Of a stretch of DNA of 64,000 nt, positions 9,587 through 18,511 are shown one piece after another (position 1 is the stretch's first letter; every line of letters starts with the position of its first letter). Source of the stretch: an uncultured Gammaproteobacteria bacterium (lineage in GTDB: Bacteria; Patescibacteriota; Microgenomatia; UBA12405); NCBI GenBank assembly GCA_964582365.1, contig CAZOQV010000001.1, positions 12,712 through 76,711 of the forward strand. Reading direction: 5' to 3'. The notes beneath the pieces are model-generated. The model did no database searches. It saw only the letters and a list, made by a program, of their open reading frames with translations, and was not told where the DNA came from. The position numbers and the translations under genes are program-made.

Positions 9587-10654
9587 ATGAACAAATATCC
9601 GCTCTGTTTGTCGCTTGATGATGTTCTTTTATTACCTCAATTTTCTAAAATAAATTCTCGGTCAGAAGTCGATTTATCTTGGAAAATGGGTGATATTAAG
9701 TTAAAATTACCCTTAATTTCGGCCAATATGGATTGTGTTACTGGTGTCGACATGGCTGTTGCCTTAGGTAAAATTGGGGGACTTGGTGTAATTCCTCGTT
9801 TTGACAAACCAGAAATTCAATGTCAAAAAATTACAAAAATTAAGGCCGCCGGTGTTCCTGTTGCCGGTTCAATTGGTATTAAAGATGACGAATGGCAACG
9901 ACTTGAACTCCTAATCAAAACGGGTGTTGATCATATTAATATTGATGTTGCTCATGGCCATTTAAAACGAGTTCAAGATTTTTCTTATCAAATTAAAAAG
10001 AAATATCCCTTTATTAATTTATCAGCCGGAGTTGTTGGAACAGCCGATGGTGCCCGTGATCTTTTCAAAGCCGGTGTTGATATTGTTAAAGTTGGTGTTG
10101 GCCCTGGCAGTATTTGCACTACCAGAATTATGACTGGTTGTGGTGCTCCTCAGTTTACTGCCATCACCGATTGTGCCAAAGTTTCAAGACATTATCATAA
10201 AATAATTTGGGCTGATGGTGGTGTTAAAAATTCTGGTGATGCTGTCAAATGTTTGGCCGCCGGTGCCTCTGCTGTTGTTTTGGGTAATGTTTTTGCTGGT
10301 ACTGACGAAGCCCCTCCAGAAATTATTGATATTAATGGTCAAAAATATAAATCTTATAACGGTTCAACCAGTTCCATCGAAAAACAAAGACAATTAGGAA
10401 AAAATAACTCTGATAAAAACGGTCAGTATCTTAATCATATTGAAGGAGTTGAAGGATTTGTTCCTTACAAAGGTCCTCTGCTAGCACTAGTTGAAAAATT
10501 TATTGCGGGTATTAGATCTGGTTATTCTTATTGTGGAGCCACTAATACTCAAGAACTTTGGAAAAAAGCTAAATTTATTCAAGTCACCGCCGCCGGCCTT
10601 CGTGAAAATAATTTTCACGACATCATTTCTTCGTTGCCATCGTCACATAAATAA
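9587..10654 (+). CDS. IMP dehydrogenase/GMP reductase family enzyme (no CBS insert)
   Basis: The catalytic loop [24 protein letters not shown], the N-terminus [10 protein letters not shown]...ISANMDCVT, and the absence of CBS domains. Confidence 0.8.
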   Translation: MNKYPLCLSLDDVLLLPQFSKINSRSEVDLSWKMGDIKLKLPLISANMDCVTGVDMAVALGKIGGLGVIPRFDKPEIQCQKITKIKAAGVPVAGSIGIKDDEWQRLELLIKTGVDHINIDVAHGHLKRVQDFSYQIKKKYPFINLSAGVVGTADGARDLFKAGVDIVKVGVGPGSICTTRIMTGCGAPQFTAITDCAKVSRHYHKIIWADGGVKNSGDAVKCLAAGASAVVLGNVFAGTDEAPPEIIDINGQKYKSYNGSTSSIEKQRQLGKNNSDKNGQYLNHIEGVEGFVPYKGPLLALVEKFIAGIRSGYSYCGATNTQELWKKAKFIQVTAAGLRENNFHDIISSLPSSHK

Positions 10655-10709
10655 TTTAATTTGACCTATTTTGTGATATAAACAGTATGATAATTATCAT
10701 ATCTAATTT

Positions 10710-11339
10710 ATGAGTTTTCACAAAGAAACAGTTCGTGCTAATGAAGTTTTAAATGCTTACAATATCCGAAATAGAATTACTTTTGATAATCTAAATTTAG
10801 ATGGTCAAAATCACAACATACTCGATTTTGGTTGTGGGTATGGAACGCCGACTCATATTTTAGCCGAATCAATTCCACATATAGACATTATTGGATACGA
10901 TATTTCTTCAGAGAGAGTAGATAAAGCAAAACGTTTGTATTGGTCAAAACATATGGATAATATTAACTTTACTTCATCAGCGGAAGAAGTAAACAAAAAT
11001 AGTCCTTATAACAATATTATTTCTTCTTTTGTATTAGAACATTCGGGTACAGAAGTCTTAATTTATTTTAAAGATCTTTTAAAAATAGGAGGTAAATTAA
11101 TTATATTTTTTTACGATATTAAAGGAAAGGATATCGGCAACTTTGGTTTTTATACTGGTGAGGAACAAAACACTATTAAAAATATAGGACTCGAAGAATC
11201 ATTGCGAATATGGTCTAAAAATGGTGTATCAGATTATATTAAAAGTGTTCAAGATGCTGGATTTTCTGTTTTAAAAACAAAAAAATTTCCTCGAAGTAAA
11301 GGTAAATATTCTTATTTAGTTGCTCAAAAAAAGAACTAG
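10710..11339 (+). CDS. Class I SAM-dependent methyltransferase
   Basis: Motif I ILDFGCGYG. Confidence 0.65.
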   Translation: MSFHKETVRANEVLNAYNIRNRITFDNLNLDGQNHNILDFGCGYGTPTHILAESIPHIDIIGYDISSERVDKAKRLYWSKHMDNINFTSSAEEVNKNSPYNNIISSFVLEHSGTEVLIYFKDLLKIGGKLIIFFYDIKGKDIGNFGFYTGEEQNTIKNIGLEESLRIWSKNGVSDYIKSVQDAGFSVLKTKKFPRSKGKYSYLVAQKKN

Positions 11340-12089
11340 TTAATTTTTCTTTGCAATTATCGCCATAAATAAGGGAAATTCTTTTCTCGACTTATCTTCC
11401 ATATAAGCCTTAGATCCGGTGCTTTTTTTATCAGAAATCCATTCTTCAATTTTTTCAATACTAAATCCATTATCAAAAAGCATTTCACTGTAAGCCGACA
11501 GGGGATAATGAAACGACCACGTATTTTCGCTTTCTTTTTTTCCCGGATGAGCCACAATTGAAATTTCTTGTGGAGTCATATAATTATCAATTCTTCGATA
11601 TTGAATTTTTTTATTTACATCTTCGCCCCAAGAACTATGTTGAGGAATTCTAAAAATTGGATGATTTAAAACTATTACTAATTTCCCCCCTTTTTTCAAA
11701 TGTTTAGCAAAATTCCTAATTACTCCAAACGGTTTTTTAATATTCTGTAACGCTAAAATAACTGCTCCACTATCAAAATTATTTTTTACAATTGGTAAAT
11801 CTTTGCTCGCATCTGCCACATAAAATCGATGATTTGGATTTGTTTTCTTATTCTCAGCTTCTCGAATTAAATTACCCGCCAAATCAATTCCAAAATATTC
11901 CACCTTTTTATCCAAACTTCTTTCTAGTATTCCCTGTCCACAGGCTAAATCTAAAATAGATTCTCTTTCTTTTAATTTTAAAATTCTATTTAAATTTGGC
12001 ATTATTATATGTTGGTGATAGTAGTGTCCTTCATCACCGACTGCTTTGTTGTACCACCTACTTACTTTTTGCCAAGAACTGTTTTCCAT
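11340..12089 (-). CDS. Class I SAM-dependent methyltransferase
   Basis: Motif I ILDLACGQG. Confidence 0.7.
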   Translation of the reverse strand: MENSSWQKVSRWYNKAVGDEGHYYHQHIIMPNLNRILKLKERESILDLACGQGILERSLDKKVEYFGIDLAGNLIREAENKKTNPNHRFYVADASKDLPIVKNNFDSGAVILALQNIKKPFGVIRNFAKHLKKGGKLVIVLNHPIFRIPQHSSWGEDVNKKIQYRRIDNYMTPQEISIVAHPGKKESENTWSFHYPLSAYSEMLFDNGFSIEKIEEWISDKKSTGSKAYMEDKSRKEFPLFMAIIAKKN

Positions 12090-12141
12090 GATTGAATTTT
12101 AACATTTTTGTTAATTTCCACCAAAAGTAATATAATAAGTT

Positions 12142-12786
12142 ATGAAAATTAATAAAATTTATGTCATTTTTCCCCTTATTTTAATTCTCATTTCTTTTGT
12201 TTTAGCCATCTTTTTTTATCCCATTTTTCCATCTCAAATTGCCACTCATTGGGGAATAAGCGGTCAAGCCGATGGTTATTCTTCAAAAGCTTTTGGCTTA
12301 TTTTTTATGCCGATTTTATCGGTCGTTTTATTTTTTCTTTTTATTTCTTTACCAAAAATAGATCCTTACAAAAAAAATTTTGATCAATTTAAAAAATATT
12401 TTCAAAATTTTATCAACCTAATTTTTGCCTTTTTCTTTTATATTTATTTAATTACCATTATTTGGAATTTAGGCTTTCGTTTCAACATGATTCAAATTCT
12501 TTGCCCGGCTTTTGCCGCCCTTTTTTATTATGCCGGAGTTTTAATGTCTCATGCCAAACGTAATTGGTTTGTTGGTATTCGCACTCCTTGGACTATGTCC
12601 AACGAAAAAGTTTGGGATAAAACCCATAAAATAGGTGGAAAACTTTTTAAACTAACTGGTATAATTTCTTTATTGTCTTTAATTTTACCTGATCTTTCAG
12701 TATTTTTTATTTTAGTTCCCATTCTTTTCACTACTATTTTTGTCTTTATTTATTCTTACGTTGAATATAAAAAAACCGTTATATAA
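12142..12786 (+). CDS. SdpI/YhfL-family (DUF1648) polytopic membrane protein
   Basis: The pattern IATHWGISGQADGYSSK followed by multiple TM helices. Confidence 0.55.
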   Translation: MKINKIYVIFPLILILISFVLAIFFYPIFPSQIATHWGISGQADGYSSKAFGLFFMPILSVVLFFLFISLPKIDPYKKNFDQFKKYFQNFINLIFAFFFYIYLITIIWNLGFRFNMIQILCPAFAALFYYAGVLMSHAKRNWFVGIRTPWTMSNEKVWDKTHKIGGKLFKLTGIISLLSLILPDLSVFFILVPILFTTIFVFIYSYVEYKKTVI

Positions 12787-12793
12787 TATCAAG

Positions 12794-13549
12794 ATGATTA
12801 TTATTAAAACCCCATCTCAGATTGAAGGAATTCGTAAATCGTCCCATTTAGCCGCGGAAACTCTCAGACATCTTTCAACTTTTATTAAACCAGGTATTTC
12901 CACTGAAGCCTTAAATCAGATTGGTCATAAATATATTATCGATCATGGTGCTATTCCAGCTCCTCTAAACTACAATGGCTTTCCCAAAAGTATTTGTACT
13001 TCAACTAATAATGTTGTTTGCCATGGCATTCCTTCTCCCAAAGAAATTTTAAAAGAAGGGGACATTATCAATATTGATATCACCACCATTTTAAACGGTT
13101 ACTATGGCGATGTTTCCGCTTCTTTTCCGGTTGGGAAAATCAGTCAAAAATCTCAAAAACTAATTGATATTGCTAAAAAATGTCTTAACGATTCTATTAA
13201 GTGCCTTAAACCAGGTAAATATTTAAACGATTGCGTTGGTAAAATTATCGAGCCAATTGCTAAAAAAAATGGTTATAGTGTTGTTCAAGATCTTGGCGGT
13301 CACGGTGTTGGTCTTAATTTTCACGAAGAACCTTTTGTTTATCATTTTGATACCAGTCAAGAAAAAGTAATTCTAAAACCAGGAATGATTTTTACTATTG
13401 AACCAATGATAAATGATTCTCTAAATTGTCAAATTACACTCGATCGTGGCGATGGCTGGACTATTCGTACTTTTGATGGTTGCAACTCGGCTCAATTTGA
13501 ACACACCATTCTAATAACCAAAAATGGTTATGAAATATTAACAATTTGA
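12794..13549 (+). CDS. map: Methionine aminopeptidase type I
   Basis: A MetAP fold with GHGVGLNFHEEP and metal-binding positions. Start at the ATG at 12794; the ORF-track start at 12740 overlaps the upstream gene. Confidence 0.9.
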   Translation: MIIIKTPSQIEGIRKSSHLAAETLRHLSTFIKPGISTEALNQIGHKYIIDHGAIPAPLNYNGFPKSICTSTNNVVCHGIPSPKEILKEGDIINIDITTILNGYYGDVSASFPVGKISQKSQKLIDIAKKCLNDSIKCLKPGKYLNDCVGKIIEPIAKKNGYSVVQDLGGHGVGLNFHEEPFVYHFDTSQEKVILKPGMIFTIEPMINDSLNCQITLDRGDGWTIRTFDGCNSAQFEHTILITKNGYEILTI

Positions 13550-13556
13550 TAACTTT

Positions 13557-13585
13557 AAAAACTTTATAACTTGATAAACTAAACT
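13557..13585 (+). promoter_or_regulatory. Conserved leader motif AAAACTTTATAACTTGATAAACTAAACT directly abutting the folD start codon; copy 1 of 2
   Basis: Near-identical to 29017-29055. Confidence 0.3.
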
Positions 13586-14419
13586 ATGATCATTCTTGAC
13601 GGCAAAAAACTTTCAGAAAAATTTTTAAATTATTTGAAATTAGAAATTGGAAATTTAGGAATTAAACCAACTCTAGATATAATTATTGTCGGTTCTGATC
13701 CTTCCAGTCAAAAATATGTTGCCATGAAACAGGAAAAAGCTCAATCGATTGGTATCGGTGGTTCAATTCATCAACTTAATCAAGATTCCACCACTGAAGA
13801 AGTTTTATCCTTAGTTCAAAATTTAAACCAAAATAAAAATGTTAACGCTTTTATGATTCAATTGCCTCTTCCTCCTCAAATTGACACTCAAAAAGTATTA
13901 TTAGCCATCGATCCTAAAAAAGATGCTGACGGTCTTAGTCCTTGTAATTTAGGTCTTCTTTTTCAGAAAAAATCCAACGGAATTCCTTCCGCCACTGCCT
14001 TTGGAATTATGAGGTTATTAGAAGAGTATAAAATTAATGTCAGCGGTAAAAATGCGGTAATAATTGGTCGTAGTTCAGAGGTCTCAATTCCATTATTTGC
14101 CTTACTTATGGCCAAAAATGCCACAGTAACTATTTGTCACACCCACACCGAAAACCTAAAAGAAATTTGTTCCCAAGCTGATATTTTAGTTTCTTCAATT
14201 GGTAAACCAAAGTTTTTTGGTCCAGATTTTGTCAAACAAGATGCTGTTGTTATTGATGTTGGTTTCGCCACTGATCCTGCTACTGGCAAAACTACTGGTG
14301 ATTTTGATTTTGATCAAGTTGCCAAAAAAACCAGTTTTATTACTCCCGTTCCCGGTGGTGTCGGCCCTATGACCGTCACTTCACTTCTTTTCAATACCGT
14401 CCAAATCGCCAAAAATTAG
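13586..14419 (+). CDS. folD: Bifunctional methylene-THF dehydrogenase/cyclohydrolase
   Basis: ILDGKKLSEKF...VGSDPSSQKYVAMKQ and the Rossmann motif GRSSEVS. Confidence 0.9.
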   Translation: MIILDGKKLSEKFLNYLKLEIGNLGIKPTLDIIIVGSDPSSQKYVAMKQEKAQSIGIGGSIHQLNQDSTTEEVLSLVQNLNQNKNVNAFMIQLPLPPQIDTQKVLLAIDPKKDADGLSPCNLGLLFQKKSNGIPSATAFGIMRLLEEYKINVSGKNAVIIGRSSEVSIPLFALLMAKNATVTICHTHTENLKEICSQADILVSSIGKPKFFGPDFVKQDAVVIDVGFATDPATGKTTGDFDFDQVAKKTSFITPVPGGVGPMTVTSLLFNTVQIAKN

Positions 14420-14425
14420 TTTGTT

Positions 14426-15412
14426 TTAGTAACTAGTCTGATAAGTAGAAAATACATCAGGAACTAATTGACCTCCATTATCAAGAATTTTTTTTGCCGC
14501 TTGGTCTCCTTTAAGAAAATAATCAAACCAGGCCCCACCAAAAGTGATTGTCGTTTCAAGTACTTTACTGTTTGCCATTGTTGGTTTTTTATCTAACATT
14601 GCCGCTACCGCGTCCCCAGATACTGATCCAGTTGGCGAAAATTGAACATGATTAGCTCCATTAAGAATAAGCAATGCTTTTTTAGCTTTAGTTGTTAAAC
14701 CATAAAGGGTTTTTGATGCTTCTGGAGTCACAATACTATCCAAAGTTCCGGCCAAATACATAATTGGTACACTAGTTGAAGAAATATTACTATATATAGT
14801 ATTCATTGATTTTTCTATATATTTTCCCAATAATAAGTTTGTTGTTAAGCTTGATACCAACTTCATTGCTCCAGTGCTTTTATCTGCCGGTGCAATTGCT
14901 AAAACTGCCTTTAGGTTTGCTGTTCCAGTAGTAAATAACGCCACATCTGCCCCCATTGAATGACCAACTATTCCCACTTTGCTTAAATCTACTTTACCTG
15001 TTAAAGAAGTTTCAAATTTATTTTTAGAAGATAAATAGGCTAAAAGAAAATTAGTTAATCTTTTTCCTTCTTCCATATTTACTCCTGGGATTATTCGATT
15101 AGGCATTGCCACAATATATCCTTTATTCGCCATAGCTTCGGCAAACCAAACATAATAAGAATACTGTGCTGCCATTCCATGGTTAACAATAATCACTGGA
15201 TAAGGAGATGGGTTTTGATTAGTTCCAGATGGATAATAAAGTCCAAATTTGTAAATACCAAGATTTATATCCTCTTTAGCATAAGTTGCGGCTAGCACTT
15301 CCGGTTTCTTTACTAAAAAAAGAGAAACCCCGATTATTAATCCCAACATAATCACCGATAACGTTGGTATGGGTTTAAACCAAGAAAACAAATTCTTTTT
15401 GGTAGATTTCAT
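14426..15412 (-). CDS. Secreted alpha/beta hydrolase (esterase/lipase-like)
   Basis: A signal peptide/TM anchor, the nucleophile elbow GHSMGADV, and downstream catalytic D and H. Confidence 0.65.
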   Translation of the reverse strand: MKSTKKNLFSWFKPIPTLSVIMLGLIIGVSLFLVKKPEVLAATYAKEDINLGIYKFGLYYPSGTNQNPSPYPVIIVNHGMAAQYSYYVWFAEAMANKGYIVAMPNRIIPGVNMEEGKRLTNFLLAYLSSKNKFETSLTGKVDLSKVGIVGHSMGADVALFTTGTANLKAVLAIAPADKSTGAMKLVSSLTTNLLLGKYIEKSMNTIYSNISSTSVPIMYLAGTLDSIVTPEASKTLYGLTTKAKKALLILNGANHVQFSPTGSVSGDAVAAMLDKKPTMANSKVLETTITFGGAWFDYFLKGDQAAKKILDNGGQLVPDVFSTYQTSY

Positions 15413-15492
15413 ATACTAGTTAAATACTTATTTCAACCTATGTCAAGCATTATTAATTAATTTAGCTTTATTTTTTTAAAAAAATATAATTT

Positions 15493-15501
15493 TGATATAA
15501 T
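15493..15501 (+). promoter_or_regulatory. Extended -10 promoter element TGATATAAT ending 6 nt before the ATG at 15508, which implies a leaderless or near-leaderless transcript
   Basis: A TGnTATAAT match; there is no room for a Shine-Dalgarno sequence. Confidence 0.35.
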
Positions 15502-15507
15502 CTTTTT

Positions 15508-15750
15508 ATGAAAATACAACTTTTTGACCGTGGAACCCCAAAAGGTAAACAATTATTTACTAATCTTGAAGAAGTCTGTCGACGACTTCAAATCGATTGG
15601 GATCCAGAATATATTAAAGACATGTCTCGGGTAATTAGTATGGGTCTTCAAGGCAACACTATTCTTTTAATCGACAACGAAGTTGCTTTTATGGATAAAT
15701 ATCCATCAACCAAAGAACTAGAATCAATTATTAGTGATTTTCAAAAATAA
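15508..15750 (+). CDS. Small hypothetical protein (80 aa)
   Basis: ORF with a plausible promoter. Confidence 0.4.
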   Translation: MKIQLFDRGTPKGKQLFTNLEEVCRRLQIDWDPEYIKDMSRVISMGLQGNTILLIDNEVAFMDKYPSTKELESIISDFQK

Positions 15751-15751
15751 A

Positions 15752-15961
15752 ATGTTTTTTAAAAAAATTTGTCGTCATCTTGTTAAAAACAAATTATTTC
15801 TCACGATTCTAGAAGCTTTTGCTTTTGTCACGATATGGCGCGGAACTTGGGGTCTTTTAGATAAATATTTATTTCCCGATTCACCTCAAATTAGTTATTT
15901 AACTTCAATCGCTATTGGTCTTACTTTACTTTTTATTTTTAGAGATAAATTAATCGATTAA
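15752..15961 (+). CDS. Small hydrophobic membrane protein (69 aa from the ATG)
   Basis: A hydrophobic core, LFLTILEAFAFVTIW...IAIGLTLLFIF. Confidence 0.3.
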   Translation: MFFKKICRHLVKNKLFLTILEAFAFVTIWRGTWGLLDKYLFPDSPQISYLTSIAIGLTLLFIFRDKLID

Positions 15962-16696
15962 AAATAATCTCTTCGCATTTTCATCAATTATTTTTTCTGT
16001 TTCTTTAAAACGTAATTTCCAAATTTCCGCTACTTTTTCATAAATATATTTAACATATTCTGGTTTATTTTCTTCGCCTCTAAAAGGTACTGGCGTTAAA
16101 TAAGGGCAATCAGTTTCTAATAACAACCTATCTTTGGGTATATTTTTAACAATTTCTTCTAATCCAATTTCATAAGTCAAATTTCCATCAATTCCAAAAT
16201 ACCAATTTTCTCCTAAATCAATTACTTTTTTAATTCTTTTATTTCCCCCAGCATAACAATGAAAAACACCAGATAAATTTTTATATTCTTTCAGAATTTC
16301 TATTACTTCATCAACTGCTTTTCTAGCATGAATTATCAATGGTTTTTTATATTTTATTGCCAATTCGATTTGCGTTCTAAAAAGTTTTTCCTGCTTGTCC
16401 GCCATAGCTTTAGCGTCGGCGGATTTGTCTGGTAAATCAGAGTAATCCAATCCGCATTCACCAATAGCTACAATTTTTTTATGATTTTTTTTGACTATTT
16501 TTTTAAGTTCGGCAGGGGAGTTATCAGCTTCTTGTGGATGAATACCTACGCTAACTAATAACTTATCAGGATATTTTTTACCTAAAATAAGGTTATTTTT
16601 AGAAGTTTCGATTGTTGCCGCCGCTAAAATAATTTTATCAATCCCCTTGTCAATGTCGCACAATCTCCCTTCCAGATGAGCATGTGTATCAATCAT
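15950..16696 (-). CDS. tatD: TatD-family metal-dependent DNase/hydrolase
   Basis: MIDTHAHL at the N-terminus, with conserved His/Glu/Asp positions. Confidence 0.85.
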   Translation of the reverse strand: MIDTHAHLEGRLCDIDKGIDKIILAAATIETSKNNLILGKKYPDKLLVSVGIHPQEADNSPAELKKIVKKNHKKIVAIGECGLDYSDLPDKSADAKAMADKQEKLFRTQIELAIKYKKPLIIHARKAVDEVIEILKEYKNLSGVFHCYAGGNKRIKKVIDLGENWYFGIDGNLTYEIGLEEIVKNIPKDRLLLETDCPYLTPVPFRGEENKPEYVKYIYEKVAEIWKLRFKETEKIIDENAKRLFLID

Positions 16697-16697
16697 C

Positions 16698-18104
16698 TTA
16701 TTTTATCCTTGGAAATAAAGATTTTTCCAACGGTTTTACCTCATTTTTAAAACAATTTTCGATTTTTTTGGCCACTTCTGGCATCACAATTTGTAAGTGG
16801 TAGGAGGCAGTTTGAATATTTTTGATACATTCATTTAACACCGCAATTCTTTCTGGATTATCTTTTTCTAATTTCCATGGAGTAGTTTGATTTAGTTTTA
16901 AATTTGACGCATCAATCCATTTTTCAAACACCAAATTAATAGCTTCATCTAATTTTAAATTGTCAATCAATTTCTCAAATTCATTATCAAATTCAATTTT
17001 AATTTCTTCTGTTTTTACACCTTCAGATAATTTAGCTACTCTGGAAACTAAATTCCCTAAATTATTAGCCAAATCAGCATTATATTTTTCTTTAAATCTC
17101 TCCATTCCCACATCACTATCATTATCCGTCGGAAAAGATCTGGCCACTAAATATCTAGCCCCCTCCACTCCGAATATGTCAACTAATTGTCGTGGTGAGA
17201 TAACATTTCCCAAAGATTTCGACATTTTTTGTCCATCAACCATGTAAAAACTATGAGTATAAGTTTTTTTAGGTAACGCAATTTTGGCTGACAATAACAT
17301 TGCTTGCCAAATCACCGTATGAAACCACAAAATTTCTTTACCCAATAAATGTAAGTCAGCTGGCCAAAAATCCTTTTTACCTTCTAAAAATTGAGTTGCA
17401 CTATAATAATTTATTAAAGCATCAAACCACACATAAACAGTTTGTTTTGAATCCCAAGGAGTAGGAATTCCCCAAGCTACATTTTCCCTAGAAATTGACA
17501 CATCTCTAATTCCACTCTTTAATTTAGACAATATCTCTATTTTTTTTCCTTCTGGAAAAATATAATTAGTTTTTTCGTCTTCAATTAAATTAATAATTTG
17601 ATGAATATATTTACTTAATCTAAAAAACCAATTTTCTTCACTTTTAAAAACTGTTTTTTCTGGTGGGTGAAGATTGCAATGTTTATCAATCAAATCAGCC
17701 TCAGTTAAAAATTTTTCACAACCGATACAGTATAAACCTTCATATTTATCTTTATATACATCGCCATTATCGTAAATTTTTTGTAAAACCTCAGCCACCA
17801 CTTTTTCATGTCTTGGATCTGTCGTTCTAATAAAAAAATCATTACTTATATTTAACTCTTTCCAAGCACATTCAAATCTGGGTGAAATTTTATCGCAGTA
17901 TTCTTTTGTTCCGCAACATTCTTTTTGAGCCGATTCTGCCACCTTTTGGCCATGTTCATCTGTTCCAGTTAAAAAGAAGACTTCTTCCCCTTTCGCTCGG
18001 TGCAATCTCGCCACCATATCCGCTGCCACAGTCGTGCAGGTGTGTCCAATATGAGGAACGTCGTTAATATAATAAATTGGTGTTGTTACAAAAAATTTCT
18101 TCAT
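16698..18104 (-). CDS. metG: Methionyl-tRNA synthetase (short form without the C-terminal tRNA-binding domain)
   Basis: The HIGH-type motif PHIGH, KMSKS, and Zn-knuckle cysteines. ATG at 18104; GTG at 18107. Confidence 0.9.
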   Translation of the reverse strand: MKKFFVTTPIYYINDVPHIGHTCTTVAADMVARLHRAKGEEVFFLTGTDEHGQKVAESAQKECCGTKEYCDKISPRFECAWKELNISNDFFIRTTDPRHEKVVAEVLQKIYDNGDVYKDKYEGLYCIGCEKFLTEADLIDKHCNLHPPEKTVFKSEENWFFRLSKYIHQIINLIEDEKTNYIFPEGKKIEILSKLKSGIRDVSISRENVAWGIPTPWDSKQTVYVWFDALINYYSATQFLEGKKDFWPADLHLLGKEILWFHTVIWQAMLLSAKIALPKKTYTHSFYMVDGQKMSKSLGNVISPRQLVDIFGVEGARYLVARSFPTDNDSDVGMERFKEKYNADLANNLGNLVSRVAKLSEGVKTEEIKIEFDNEFEKLIDNLKLDEAINLVFEKWIDASNLKLNQTTPWKLEKDNPERIAVLNECIKNIQTASYHLQIVMPEVAKKIENCFKNEVKPLEKSLFPRIK

Positions 18105-18122
18105 CACCCTTATTTTCCCACA

Positions 18123-18443
18123 TTATTTAGTTTTTTTCTTGGTTACTTTTTTGATTACTTTCTTTGCGACCGCTTTTTTGGCCACAACTTTTTTAACACC
18201 TTCAGTTCCAGCTTTTTTAGAATAATGTGATTTAAGTCTGTCAGCTTTATTTTTATGAAAAAGATTATTCTTAACCGCTTTGTCGATAATAGAATAAACT
18301 CCTTTCAAAGATTCCTTGGTTGGTTTAGCTAAAAACTTTTTAACAGTAGTTTTTAACTTGTCTTTAAAAGAAACATTGTCCTTATGATTTTTCAAGGACT
18401 TTCTAAGTGATTTTTTTGCAGATAAACTAATTGGCATAGGCAT
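18123..18443 (-). CDS. rpsT: Ribosomal protein S20 with a Lys-rich C-terminal extension
   Basis: SAKKSLRKSLKNHKDN and LFHKNKADRLKSHYSKK match S20 motifs. The tail is AKKAVAKKVIKKVTKKKTK. Confidence 0.65.
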   Translation of the reverse strand: MPMPISLSAKKSLRKSLKNHKDNVSFKDKLKTTVKKFLAKPTKESLKGVYSIIDKAVKNNLFHKNKADRLKSHYSKKAGTEGVKKVVAKKAVAKKVIKKVTKKKTK

Positions 18444-18511
18444 TATTTTATCTTAACAATTACTTTTTTACAACTATATATAATGGCTAGTAATCAGATA
18501 TAATTTAAATT

